From contig JBFGZE010000001.1 of assembly GCA_041586955.1 (NCBI GenBank), positions 46,494 to 110,493 on the forward strand: 64,000 nucleotides of DNA, in the 5' to 3' direction. The DNA comes from Bacteriovoracaceae bacterium. Its GTDB lineage: Bacteria; Bdellovibrionota; Bacteriovoracia; Bacteriovoracales; Bacteriovoracaceae. Positions 18,880-28,699 of this stretch are shown piece after piece (the first letter of the stretch is position 1; each line of letters starts with the position of its first letter). The translations under genes were made by a program, and so were the position numbers. The notes beneath the pieces are model-generated. The model was not told the DNA's origin and searched no databases. It worked only from the letters and a program-made list of their open reading frames with translations.

Positions 18880-19026
18880 TATAGGTCATAAAAAAGGGTT
18901 GTGATTGCATTGCCCACGATAGAGAAATAGATCTATTTTGCTCTTGAACCGCTGGCCCTCACTCAGATGCTTAGGCATTTGTTGCACTCGTTATAAACCC
19001 TACCCCAGTCCCTCGGTATCATATAC

Positions 19027-19056
19027 AAAAAAGGCCTCGAATAAATCGAGGCCTTT
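19027..19056 (-). terminator. intrinsic terminator of rpsA (possibly bidirectional)
   Basis: AAAGGCCTCGA-ATAAA-TCGAGGCCTTT with an A6 tract on the + strand. Confidence 0.85.
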
Positions 19057-19082
19057 GGTATTCAATAAAATTTTAGTGATGA

Positions 19083-20816
19083 TTACTCATCTTGTCCTAA
19101 AGTAAAACCTTTAAGCTTATCACCTAAAGTCGCTGTTTTAACTTCAGAAGAAGCAGCGCCACCCATATCCGCATTAGCAGCAGACTTCATGGAAAGAGCA
19201 ATTTTCTTCGCTTCTTTGTCTAAGCTAATAACCATCGCCTTAGGAGTGTCGCCTTTTTTAACAACATCTTCAGGTTTTTCAACTCTTTCTTCAGAAAGTT
19301 CAGAAATATGGATCAAGCCTTCAATGCCTGTTTCAAGCTCTACAAATGCACCAAAATCGGTAACACGAACAACTTCGGCCTCAACAATTGTGCCAACAGG
19401 AAGTCTTTCTTCAATTTTCTTCCAAGGATCTTCAGCAAGTTGCTTAATTCCAAGGCAGAATTTTTGGTTTTCTTTATCAACAGAAAGAACCATTGCTTCA
19501 ATTTCTTGGCCTTCAGTGTAGGCTTCAGCAACATTAACGTTCTTTTTAGTCCAAGAAAGGTCAGAAACGTGAATAAGAGCATCAACGTCTTCACCAAGAT
19601 CAACAAATACACCAAATTCAACTAGAGACTTAACTTTACCGGTAATTTTCTTGCCAATGGGGTACTTATTCACAAGATCATCCCAAGGGTTTGGTTGTAA
19701 TTGCTTAACACCAAGAGAGATTCTCTTATTTTCGATATCCACATCAAGAACCTGAGCTTCAACTTTCTCACCAACATTAAAGTGCTTAGTTGGGTTCTTA
19801 ATTTTATTTGTCCAGCTCATTTCACTTACGTGAATAAGGCCTTCGATACCGTCGTCAAGTTCGATAAATACACCGTAATCTTTAACAGATACGATCTCAC
19901 CTGAAACTTTATTTCCTGCTTGATATTTTTCTTGAGCAGCTTCCCAAGGATTGGGTTGAACCTGCTTAAGGCCAAGAGAAACTCTTTCTTTTTCAACATC
20001 AAACTTAAGAATTTTAACTTCAATTTCATCGCCCATATTAAGGAGATTAGAAGGATGCTTAACACGACCCCAAGACATATCAGTGATATGAAGAAGGCCA
20101 TCGATACCGCCAAGGTCAATAAATGCACCGTAATCAGTGATGTTTTTAACAATACCTTTTACGATCATACCTTCTTGAATTTGCTCAAGAATTTCGCTTC
20201 TTAACTTGCCTCTTTCCTCTTGGAGGATGGCACGGCGAGAAAGAACGATGTTTCCTCTTTTCTTATTAAACTTGATAACTTTGAACTCCATCTTCTTACC
20301 GATGTACTTATCAAGGAAACGAGTTGGACGAAGATCAATCTGAGATCCTGGAAGGAAGGCCTTAACACCAATATCAACAGAGAGGCCACCTTTAACTTTG
20401 GCGACAACTGTTCCTTCGAGTGGAGTACCTTTCTCGCAAGCTTCAGAAATTTTATCCCAAGCTTTTAAGATTTCAGCTTTGTCCTTAGAAAGAACAAGGT
20501 TACCAAGAGAAGATTCAAGTTTATCAAGATAAACTTCAATATTATCACCTTGGTTGATTTTTAGAGTTCCATCATAATTAAGGAATTCTTTTGTAGAAAC
20601 AAGACCTTCTTGCTTATACCCAATGTCAACGAGAACGTAATCAGGACCAATGGTAACAACATTACCTTGATACACTTCACCTTCTTGGAAGTTCATGCCA
20701 CGAGTCTCCTTCAACATTTTTGAGAACTCTGTGACTTCTTGAGTTTCAACATCTTCACCGAAGACAACTTCAAACCCGTCCATCCATTTTTGCTTTACGC
20801 TAGTTTCTGTAGTCAT
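19083..20816 (-). CDS. rpsA: 30S ribosomal protein S1
   Basis: Six S1 repeats (AFLPGSQID, YGAFIDLGGIDGLLHITDMSW and others). Confidence 0.98.
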   Translation of the reverse strand: MTTETSVKQKWMDGFEVVFGEDVETQEVTEFSKMLKETRGMNFQEGEVYQGNVVTIGPDYVLVDIGYKQEGLVSTKEFLNYDGTLKINQGDNIEVYLDKLESSLGNLVLSKDKAEILKAWDKISEACEKGTPLEGTVVAKVKGGLSVDIGVKAFLPGSQIDLRPTRFLDKYIGKKMEFKVIKFNKKRGNIVLSRRAILQEERGKLRSEILEQIQEGMIVKGIVKNITDYGAFIDLGGIDGLLHITDMSWGRVKHPSNLLNMGDEIEVKILKFDVEKERVSLGLKQVQPNPWEAAQEKYQAGNKVSGEIVSVKDYGVFIELDDGIEGLIHVSEMSWTNKIKNPTKHFNVGEKVEAQVLDVDIENKRISLGVKQLQPNPWDDLVNKYPIGKKITGKVKSLVEFGVFVDLGEDVDALIHVSDLSWTKKNVNVAEAYTEGQEIEAMVLSVDKENQKFCLGIKQLAEDPWKKIEERLPVGTIVEAEVVRVTDFGAFVELETGIEGLIHISELSEERVEKPEDVVKKGDTPKAMVISLDKEAKKIALSMKSAANADMGGAASSEVKTATLGDKLKGFTLGQDE

Positions 20817-20953
20817 ATAACACCTCTTTTGGTCACTCGACTAGTAAATGACCAAGATTTGATTTTCCCCGTAAAACGGGGGCCTAAACCTCGCTACTGC
20901 GAGCATTTAAACTATTTGGGCCGGATATTACCGCATAGCGAACTTATTGTACA
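20817..20953 (-). promoter_or_regulatory. rpsA sigma70 promoter and three-hairpin leader
   Basis: TGTACA-17nt-TAATAT (20953-20925); hairpins at 20890-20903, 20867-20881 and 20829-20855; SD GAGGTG. Confidence 0.6.
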
Positions 20954-20962
20954 GAGTTAAGG

Positions 20963-22093
20963 CTAGGACTTGGAAAAAACTCGTTTACGACGACGAAGGG
21001 CCTTTTCATAAATATCATTGAGCCTCTGGGTATAGCTGCGGCCGCCAAAAGTCTCCCAAAGAGTTTTTGATTTGCGGTTTAAATTCTCTTGGTATTTTTC
21101 TAGATCATTTAATATTTTTAAGTATTTAACACTCAACTCACGAGAGTCATGGCGATTATAGGTCTCCCCAACTTTTCCCCACTCACTCATAAAAGATTGA
21201 ATCGCCAATGAGCGCGGCAAGATAAGAGGAACTTGCCGCAAAAGCATCCAGACCCCATGGTCTGGCAAGAGGTCATCCTGGGGGAGAACAATCCATATAT
21301 TGGAATCAATATGCGAAAATTCCGCCGGCCCAATACTTTTAAACTCAACAAAGTTCTGTATTTCTAAAGAGTTAAGTTCTTTAGAGAGTGGATCCAATAA
21401 AAGTGATTCACTCCAAGGTTTTTCCAAATAGAGGTGTAATTGTAGACCTTCGGGAATATTTTCAGAAAGAGAAATATGCTTGAAGGCCAGAAGAATGGGC
21501 CTAATGGCCTCAATATCCCGGGCCTCTCGCTTAATAAGGGTTCCAAAAACTTTTCCCTTGCGCGCCATTTTTTGATCTTTATCAGGAGCAAATCCCATGC
21601 CCACCACATCAATCTTAGTCGGATGAATAGGAAAACGCTGACGAATATTGGCCTTAATCTGCTGCTGTGATAGCGCTAAGGCATCGAGCCTTTTTCCCAA
21701 AATCTTATGCCAGGGACGAAAATAATAATGCTCAAGTGGGTTAGAGACAGACAATACAAGCCCTGGTTTTTCTTTACGTTGCAAACGAACAGAAACCGGC
21801 CAAAAAGCACTAAATTGATAGACATGAACAAGGTCAATACTACCATCATTCATTAATCGCTTAAGAGAGGAAGATAAACCCAATCCTCCAAATGTCCTTT
21901 TAAAAGTACCGCAGTGAAAATATTTATCTATATTTAAGTCTTTAGTCATTAAATCCATGACGGAGTCACGATAACAATAAAGCTGAACATCATGGCCAGA
22001 CTCAATGGCCATACGAATATCGAAAAATAAAATGCGCTCAATCGTTCTCCATTCATTTCCAAAATGAACGAAGAGAATTTTATACTGGCTCAT
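20963..22093 (-). CDS. divergent GT-B (GT4-like) glycosyltransferase
   Basis: GHDVQL, IDLVHV, PTKIDVVGMG pattern; size and position in the LPS operon. Confidence 0.7.
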   Translation of the reverse strand: MSQYKILFVHFGNEWRTIERILFFDIRMAIESGHDVQLYCYRDSVMDLMTKDLNIDKYFHCGTFKRTFGGLGLSSSLKRLMNDGSIDLVHVYQFSAFWPVSVRLQRKEKPGLVLSVSNPLEHYYFRPWHKILGKRLDALALSQQQIKANIRQRFPIHPTKIDVVGMGFAPDKDQKMARKGKVFGTLIKREARDIEAIRPILLAFKHISLSENIPEGLQLHLYLEKPWSESLLLDPLSKELNSLEIQNFVEFKSIGPAEFSHIDSNIWIVLPQDDLLPDHGVWMLLRQVPLILPRSLAIQSFMSEWGKVGETYNRHDSRELSVKYLKILNDLEKYQENLNRKSKTLWETFGGRSYTQRLNDIYEKALRRRKRVFSKS

Positions 22094-23161
22094 TTAGCGA
22101 CCTGAGTTATATTCAACAAGCTCCCCTTGAATAGAGCCGATTTTTACTTTCGCTTCAAATTTTAGGAGACGATGATTGGAATCAGCTGAATACCAAAAAC
22201 TGATATCTCCCTTTTTCTTAAGAACCCCAGGGAAGTGGGTTTCCGCCTTAACTTTTATGGCATTGACCCATTTTCCAAGAACTTTAATTTCTTCAAATTT
22301 GTCGGCCCGTCCTTTTAAAATCCAAATTTTCCCTCGAGTCACGACAGGAAACTCGAATGTATCCCCAATGATTAAAGGGAGCCCTCTGACAAAGAAAAGG
22401 GCCGAAAAAGAGTCTTGAAAATAACGAGGAATAAATTTTTCTTTTTCATATTGTTTTAATTTTCCCTTTTTCATTCTTCTATACCAAACAAAAGTTTTAA
22501 GGCGTTCCTGATCAAAGACCTGAAGATCATTTACATCCTGATTACTTTCTTTTTGCTTGAGGATATATTTAATAGGAATAAAATTATCGATATTTAAGTA
22601 ACTTTCGACAGTATCATCTAGTTCGTAAATATAGCTATAATACTTAGATGATTGTAAGCGTCCCTTCATATGATAAGCAAAGCTCCCGCCTTCCAATTGT
22701 TTTTTTTGTGCGCGTATTTGAATATGACCTGCCTGCAATCCCATAAAAGACAATTCAAATACATGCTTCTCATTTTCAATAATGATGGGATTAAAGTCCT
22801 TCCAAAAGGTCGCTGACTTCTTATCATAACCCTTATAAGCTTCAGGATAATCGACAGGATAAAGACTTTTTTCTTCCTCAACCTTTAATGATGACTCGGT
22901 CAGCGGCTTTTTTTCTTCCACCACAGAAACAGGAGATTTTTTCTGAGTGGCAGAAAAAGTGCGTTTCTTCTCGCGTACCCGTTTCTTCTTTTTGGATTGA
23001 GTTTTTTTGCCAGATAAAATATCTTCAATTTTACGATCTTTAATCTTAAAGACTTGGATAGCGTCGGACTTCTCTTCTTTTTCCTCAAAAAGAACTGCTT
23101 CTTTTGTCGCACAAGTTGAGAAAGTGAAAAGAACCAATAAACCTAGAGCAAGTTTTAACAA
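22094..23161 (-). CDS. DUF3108-like lipoprotein
   Basis: Lipobox-like FSTC; beta-rich C-terminal domain, QDSFSALFFVR, WYSAD...KIGSI. Confidence 0.7.
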   Translation of the reverse strand: MLKLALGLLVLFTFSTCATKEAVLFEEKEEKSDAIQVFKIKDRKIEDILSGKKTQSKKKKRVREKKRTFSATQKKSPVSVVEEKKPLTESSLKVEEEKSLYPVDYPEAYKGYDKKSATFWKDFNPIIIENEKHVFELSFMGLQAGHIQIRAQKKQLEGGSFAYHMKGRLQSSKYYSYIYELDDTVESYLNIDNFIPIKYILKQKESNQDVNDLQVFDQERLKTFVWYRRMKKGKLKQYEKEKFIPRYFQDSFSALFFVRGLPLIIGDTFEFPVVTRGKIWILKGRADKFEEIKVLGKWVNAIKVKAETHFPGVLKKKGDISFWYSADSNHRLLKFEAKVKIGSIQGELVEYNSGR

Positions 23162-24204
23162 ATAATACCTCTGATCATCTTTTCCAATACATCCCTATCC
23201 TTGGGAAAATCGACTGCAATTTCCACAAAGCTCAACCGCGGGGAAGAAGTTAAACGCCTTAGTTTAACCATATCTTTTTCGGTTGCTACGATCAAGGCAT
23301 CCTCTTTTTCCGCCAGCTCTAATATTGGACTTAAGTCCCTAATTTTAAAATCATAGTGATCGGGAAAGGTATAGGTATTGATGACCTTCGCTTCTAAGTT
23401 ATTGAGCATTTTAAAGAAAGAGTTTGGGGAGGCTATTCCGGCGAGGGCAATAACCTTTTTCCCCTTTAATCCTTCGATAGGCATGAGAATCTCCGAATTC
23501 TGATTTCTCACACTAACAGGCCGGTAGCCCATATGGATAATAGGGACGCCTTTTTTCAAATAGGGAGCAATAGTTCGTTCCAATTCAATCAAGTTTGAAT
23601 TGGAGGCCATATCTGCACGCCCTAAAATGATGATATCGGCGTCTTTCAGGGCCGAAAGGCCTTCTCTTAAATAACCCATGGGGGCCACTTTTAAACTATT
23701 TAGAGGTAAAAGTGCATCAAAAAGAACGATATTCATTTGTCGATGAACCGCCAAATGTTGATGGCCATCATCAAGTACTACCAAGTCGGGTTGACTGCGA
23801 TCAAAATAAAAATCCAAATTCAAGGCACGGTTTTTACCAACTACGACAGAGCAATTTTTCAAACGACGTGCCAATAAAATAGGCTCATCGCCAAATTTAA
23901 TAGGATTAAGTCCCATTTTTTTATTGGCCTCCAAGATACCATGTCCATGCTCAAGTTTACCTTTATAACCCCTCATCAAAATAAGCACTTTCTTATCAAA
24001 AGTTTGCGCAAATTCAGATAACCAAAGAGTGAAAGGTGTCTTGCCCGTACCACCAAAGGTAATATTTCCGACAGAAATAATTGGGACATAAAACTTATGT
24101 TGCTTAAAAAAGCCATAATTATAGGCAAACCGACGAATTTGATAAACGAACGACCAAATAAGGCTTAGAGGATATAAAAAAATATTTAATAGACCTCTTA
24201 ACAT
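23155..24204 (-). CDS. lpxK: tetraacyldisaccharide 4'-kinase
   Basis: VGNITFGGTGKTP, RGY, GDEP, LDDGHQH, P.G.LRE, FPDHY, TEKD. Confidence 0.95.
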   Translation of the reverse strand: MLRGLLNIFLYPLSLIWSFVYQIRRFAYNYGFFKQHKFYVPIISVGNITFGGTGKTPFTLWLSEFAQTFDKKVLILMRGYKGKLEHGHGILEANKKMGLNPIKFGDEPILLARRLKNCSVVVGKNRALNLDFYFDRSQPDLVVLDDGHQHLAVHRQMNIVLFDALLPLNSLKVAPMGYLREGLSALKDADIIILGRADMASNSNLIELERTIAPYLKKGVPIIHMGYRPVSVRNQNSEILMPIEGLKGKKVIALAGIASPNSFFKMLNNLEAKVINTYTFPDHYDFKIRDLSPILELAEKEDALIVATEKDMVKLRRLTSSPRLSFVEIAVDFPKDRDVLEKMIRGIIC

Positions 24205-25364
24205 TTTCCATCACCTATCTGCTCGGCCAAATAGAGTCCCAAGTCTGTGATCTCACCTGTTAATAAATCATTGGTGCTGACCAATTGGCCCAGGGTTTTC
24301 TCATATTGATCACGGTCTTCTAACCAACGGCGCATCGCCATTTCAAGATTATACTCAGAACAACGGTCCTGAATAAATTCGGGAAAAACATCGTCTTCAT
24401 GAATGATATTAGTCAGAGAAATGGGACCTTGATAATTAACAAAAGTTTCAAAAATAAATTGATTAAGGAGTGAACTACGGTAGGCAACAATTGTTGGGAT
24501 TTGAAACAATCCTAAGGCCAACGTCACAGTACCACTCGCAGCGAAGGAGACATGGGCCCATTCCAAGGCATCCTCTAATTGATCATTTGAAAAGTTTGAA
24601 TCGATCATTTCTTGATAAGATGAAAAAATAGACTCATCAATATTTGAACTTTGGACCAGGCCAACTTTAATATTAAATTCTTTTTTTAGAGATTGAATTG
24701 TACGCATGAAAACCGGTAATAATTCACTTATTTCAAAGCGCCGGCTTCCAGGTAGAACTAATAAATGGACTTCTTTTTCTAATTGTATGAAAGGCTTATG
24801 TTCTAAACCGAGAGCTCTTTTATTGAGAGAGCTCCCCCACTTAAGTTTTAAAGGATGGGGAACGCTTAATGCCTGACGGACACCTCTGTCCATAAACCAT
24901 TTTTTTTCAAAGGGAATTATGGTGAAAAGAGTATCGACATTTTTAGAGAGTGGCCTTGTGCGCCACTCTTTCCACGCCCAGGCCTGTGGGGCCACTAGAT
25001 AAAATACCTTCACCCCTTTTTCTGTTAATTTAGGGGCCAAGGATAGATTGAATGTTTGAAAATCAATCAATAGAGCGTATTTCGTTTGTCTTTTCTCAAC
25101 CTCGGCCAATATTTCTTTTCTTTTATTGATATAAAAAGGAATTTTACCAATCACCTCACTCACTCCCCAGCTTGAGAAGTTTTTAAGGTGCTCAATTAAT
25201 TCCATTCCTTCATTTTTTAATTCGTCACCACCAACGCCCCAAAACTTAAAATCAGGAAGCCCCGCTTTTAACTCACGAAAAAAGCTCATACAATGCTCTT
25301 CACCAGATTTTTCACCGGCCATGATCAAAAGATTATTAGAAATTGAAGTGCTCTTATTGCTCAT
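24198..25364 (-). CDS. lpxB: lipid-A-disaccharide synthase
   Basis: AGEKSG, APQAWAWK, PFE, HPL, LPGSRRFE, SGTVTL. Confidence 0.95.
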   Translation of the reverse strand: MSNKSTSISNNLLIMAGEKSGEEHCMSFFRELKAGLPDFKFWGVGGDELKNEGMELIEHLKNFSSWGVSEVIGKIPFYINKRKEILAEVEKRQTKYALLIDFQTFNLSLAPKLTEKGVKVFYLVAPQAWAWKEWRTRPLSKNVDTLFTIIPFEKKWFMDRGVRQALSVPHPLKLKWGSSLNKRALGLEHKPFIQLEKEVHLLVLPGSRRFEISELLPVFMRTIQSLKKEFNIKVGLVQSSNIDESIFSSYQEMIDSNFSNDQLEDALEWAHVSFAASGTVTLALGLFQIPTIVAYRSSLLNQFIFETFVNYQGPISLTNIIHEDDVFPEFIQDRCSEYNLEMAMRRWLEDRDQYEKTLGQLVSTNDLLTGEITDLGLYLAEQIGDGKC

Positions 25365-25370
25365 ATCATT

Positions 25371-26288
25371 TTACCCAAGGGCCTTTAGGATTTGATCCAA
25401 AATGAGAACCACTTCAGTTCCAACCTGAGCATCGACTTGAGGTTTTTCCCCCGTTAAAATACAGCGATAAAATTCATCCTGCTCAACCAAAAGGTGGTCT
25501 CTCTTCTCATATTGCCCTGAGATCACTTTACCTGTTTTGTCAGATTGATAAAAAGAAGTATTCATTAAATCAATTGCAATGGTGCCGGCCTTCGAACATA
25601 TCTCGACATCTCTTTTTTCATAGGCGTGACTGCGAGATGCTGTAATAAAAGCACGACGATTATGAGAAAATTCAAGACAAGCTTCCACATGATCCCAGGC
25701 CGAAGTCATGACTTTAAGTCCTTTGGCCTCTACTTTTAAGGGAACCTCGCCAAAAAGCTGTAATAAAATGTCGACGTCATGGATCATTAAATCCCGAACG
25801 ACGCCAACATCAGTCGCACGCCCTTTAAAGGCGGCTATTCTGCGAATTTGAACCAGACAATCTTTTTCTAAATAAGTGGACCAATCTTTTTTCTGGGACC
25901 AAATATTATGGCAACGCTCAGAGTGACCCACCTGAAAAACTAAATTATTTTCCAAGGCCTTCTTTAAAAGGGATTGGGCCTCTGCTCCAGTTTGAGTCAT
26001 GGGCTTTTCGCAAAAGATATGCTTGCCCGCCGCCAATAATTGTTCACAAATAGCAAAGTGAAAGGATGTAGGAGTGGCAATTATAGCAGCATCAATATTG
26101 TCTATGCATTCCTCCAGAGTATGGAAAACCTCGACCTCTGGGTACTTCTCTTTAACCATTGCCTGTGAATGAAAATGTGGATCAACAACTGCAATTAATT
26201 CACAATTATCATGATGATAGGCCTTATCAACATGCCATTTTCCCAAATGACCACAGCCAATAACGGCAACTTTAACTTTCTGACTCAA
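25371..26288 (-). CDS. Gfo/Idh/MocA oxidoreductase, GnnA-like
   Basis: IGCGHLG, ATPTSFH, CEKP, VGHSER, DLMIHD; lies between lpxA and lpxB. Confidence 0.85.
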   Translation of the reverse strand: MSQKVKVAVIGCGHLGKWHVDKAYHHDNCELIAVVDPHFHSQAMVKEKYPEVEVFHTLEECIDNIDAAIIATPTSFHFAICEQLLAAGKHIFCEKPMTQTGAEAQSLLKKALENNLVFQVGHSERCHNIWSQKKDWSTYLEKDCLVQIRRIAAFKGRATDVGVVRDLMIHDVDILLQLFGEVPLKVEAKGLKVMTSAWDHVEACLEFSHNRRAFITASRSHAYEKRDVEICSKAGTIAIDLMNTSFYQSDKTGKVISGQYEKRDHLLVEQDEFYRCILTGEKPQVDAQVGTEVVLILDQILKALG

Positions 26289-26301
26289 AACTCAACCTCA
26301 A

Positions 26302-27096
26302 TTAAGACATAAATGGAGCAATACCAACTTCACTATTGCGAATGGTATTGACCATCATATTTATGACATCATTATTTTTAAAATCGGTCATCAATTCTTC
26401 ATGCTCGATAAACGCGCGTGGAGAAAGGGCCGATGATTCCATGGTCCGATAAAAGTCCACGACTTCTGAGATCACGGACTTAGAGAATCCCTGACGGCGC
26501 AGGCCTATAATATTAATTCCTTTTAACCTGACTCTATTTCCGTAGGCCGTACAGAATTCGGGAATATCACGGTCAATCGCAGAGGCGCCACCAATATAGC
26601 TCCCTCTTCCCATTGAAATAAATTGAGAGACGTTTGTACCACCACTAATAATCACGCGATCGCCAATACGAACATGGCCAGCGACATTAACGGAATTAAC
26701 GAGTACACAATGAGAACCTAATTGCACGTCATGGCCCAAATGAACATAGGCCATTAATAAATTATTATCGCCAATAATCGTTTCCCCTTTTTCCTTTAGA
26801 GTTCCTCTATGAACGGATACATACTCTCTAAATACATTATTAGAGCCAATAATCACTTTGGTAGGCTCGTTTTTATAAGTTAGATCCTGAGGAGGAGCTC
26901 CGATAGAGCCAAACTGAAAAAAGATATTATTATTTTTGGCCTCGATAATGCCGTCGAGTACAACATGGGAGTGAACAATACAATTGTCTCCTAATTGAAC
27001 ATCATCACCGATTAGGGAAAAGGCCCCCACTTTAACATTCTCACCCAATTGCGCTTTCTCTGAAACGACAGCTGTGGGGTGAATTTCGACACTCAT
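26302..27096 (-). CDS. lpxA: UDP-GlcNAc(3N) acyltransferase
   Basis: Hexapeptide repeats, IGAPPQDL, HRGT, HLGHD, INIIGLRR. Confidence 0.96.
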   Translation of the reverse strand: MSVEIHPTAVVSEKAQLGENVKVGAFSLIGDDVQLGDNCIVHSHVVLDGIIEAKNNNIFFQFGSIGAPPQDLTYKNEPTKVIIGSNNVFREYVSVHRGTLKEKGETIIGDNNLLMAYVHLGHDVQLGSHCVLVNSVNVAGHVRIGDRVIISGGTNVSQFISMGRGSYIGGASAIDRDIPEFCTAYGNRVRLKGINIIGLRRQGFSKSVISEVVDFYRTMESSALSPRAFIEHEELMTDFKNNDVINMMVNTIRNSEVGIAPFMS

Positions 27097-27105
27097 ACGA
27101 TTCTC

Positions 27106-27597
27106 CTATTCAAACTTTACGGTGGCCATAACTGAGGCCTGGCTCATCAGTTCACCCTTATGAAAGATTTCACAATCATGACTCATAAAGGTCCCACGCA
27201 CTTTAGTACAAATGGCCTTAATTTCTAATTCCATTCCTGGAACAATGGGTTTTCTAAATTTAGCACTTGAGACACTTAATAAGGCCACATCCATATCGCG
27301 ATCAAAGCAATCGCCATAAACGCCGGCCAAAATAAAGCTGGATGCCTGGGCCATCATTTCCACTTGAACAACACCTGGTAAAATGGGGTTACCTGGAAAA
27401 TGCCCTTCAAAAATGGGATGATCCTCTTTGGTCACATAACGAGCGATAACTTCACCACCCACAATCTCTTTAGCTCCAATTGTTTCCCCGGTAATCAAAT
27501 CTTTCCCGTTTAAACTAACGGAGATAACTTCATCAATAAATAAAAAGGGGTCCCTATGAGGTAACATTTTTTTTACATCTTCATTAGAGAAATACAT
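27106..27597 (-). CDS. fabZ: 3-hydroxyacyl-ACP dehydratase
   Basis: LPHRDPFL, FEGHFPGNPILPGV, EMMAQ. Confidence 0.95.
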   Translation of the reverse strand: MYFSNEDVKKMLPHRDPFLFIDEVISVSLNGKDLITGETIGAKEIVGGEVIARYVTKEDHPIFEGHFPGNPILPGVVQVEMMAQASSFILAGVYGDCFDRDMDVALLSVSSAKFRKPIVPGMELEIKAICTKVRGTFMSHDCEIFHKGELMSQASVMATVKFE

Positions 27598-27617
27598 AAA
27601 CAGCTCCTTCAATCAGC

Positions 27618-28637
27618 TTAGCTCAACTTCTTTTTTAACGATTCACGGCGAACAAAGGCCACTCCCTTCATCCATTCTTTTAATGGTCGTGCAGGGTGAC
27701 CACCCAAAACTGTTTTGGCCGGCCAATCACAATTCACTAATGATCCACCTGCAACCTGGCAAGCAGGGCCGAGCGTCATATTATCTCCCATCCCCGACTT
27801 GCCGCCAAAGACAGTAAAATCACCAATCGTTGAACTACCACCTATGGCAACATGGCCACATATAATGACCCCTAGGCCCAATTGGCAATTATGGCCAATT
27901 TGCACATGATTATCTAGTTTTGTTCCAGCGCCAATTCTGGTTGGAGAAAAAGTTCCTCCATCGACACACGAATTGGCCCCAATTTCGACATTGTCTTCCA
28001 AAACGACCGAGCCCATATGCCAAATCTTTTGATGGGCGCCATCTCCAAAAACATAGCCAAAACCATCCGCGCCAATGACGGAGCCCGCATGAATACGCAC
28101 ATTTTTACCAATCTGGACATCGGGATAGATGGTGACATTGGAAAATATTTCACTACCTGCTTGTATCCGGACGCCGGCGCCTATACTTGCTCCTGGATGA
28201 ATCATCACATTTTCTTCAAGGATAACATTTTCCCCAATAAATGCGCCCTGCCCGACAAGAGCGGAAGGGTGAATCTCGGCAGTTCCCATTTGGCGACCAT
28301 CAACCACTTGGTTACGACCACTCATTTTACGATGATAAAATATATCTGATAAGCGAAAGATCAAAGTTTCCACAGAGGGGCAGATTAAAGTCGCTTTAAA
28401 TTGCTGATAAAGGGATTCATCCAACCAGTTGTCTTTGCCCAGAATAAGAATGATATCCTGGCAATCCGCTGGTTTAAGATCCTTTAACAGTAACGCAAAC
28501 TTTTTAGATTTTACGCATAGGATATGATGCGGCCTAAGAAGCTTTAAATCGCAAATACCATCAATTTGAATATCATCTGAGTATTGGGTGTGGGGTTTGA
28601 TATCAGAAAGGAGAGAGGTTAATTCTTTACCATTCAA
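27618..28637 (-). CDS. lpxD: UDP-3-O-acylglucosamine N-acyltransferase
   Basis: [31 protein letters not shown] start with AAGGAGG SD. Confidence 0.95.
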   Translation of the reverse strand: MNGKELTSLLSDIKPHTQYSDDIQIDGICDLKLLRPHHILCVKSKKFALLLKDLKPADCQDIILILGKDNWLDESLYQQFKATLICPSVETLIFRLSDIFYHRKMSGRNQVVDGRQMGTAEIHPSALVGQGAFIGENVILEENVMIHPGASIGAGVRIQAGSEIFSNVTIYPDVQIGKNVRIHAGSVIGADGFGYVFGDGAHQKIWHMGSVVLEDNVEIGANSCVDGGTFSPTRIGAGTKLDNHVQIGHNCQLGLGVIICGHVAIGGSSTIGDFTVFGGKSGMGDNMTLGPACQVAGGSLVNCDWPAKTVLGGHPARPLKEWMKGVAFVRRESLKKKLS

Positions 28638-28650
28638 GCAATACCTCCTT

Positions 28651-28678
28651 AAAAAAAGGGACCAGGCCGGTCCCTTTT
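28651..28678 (-). terminator. intrinsic terminator between skp and lpxD
   Basis: AAAAGGGACC-N5-GGTCCCTTTT, ending in U7 on the - strand. Confidence 0.8.
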
Positions 28679-28699
28679 ATTATTTTATGCTAAATTAAT

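Noticed and set aside
19189..20468. Several antisense and off-frame ORFs over rpsA
   Set aside because: Typical shadows of a highly biased, highly expressed gene; no SD or recognisable domains.
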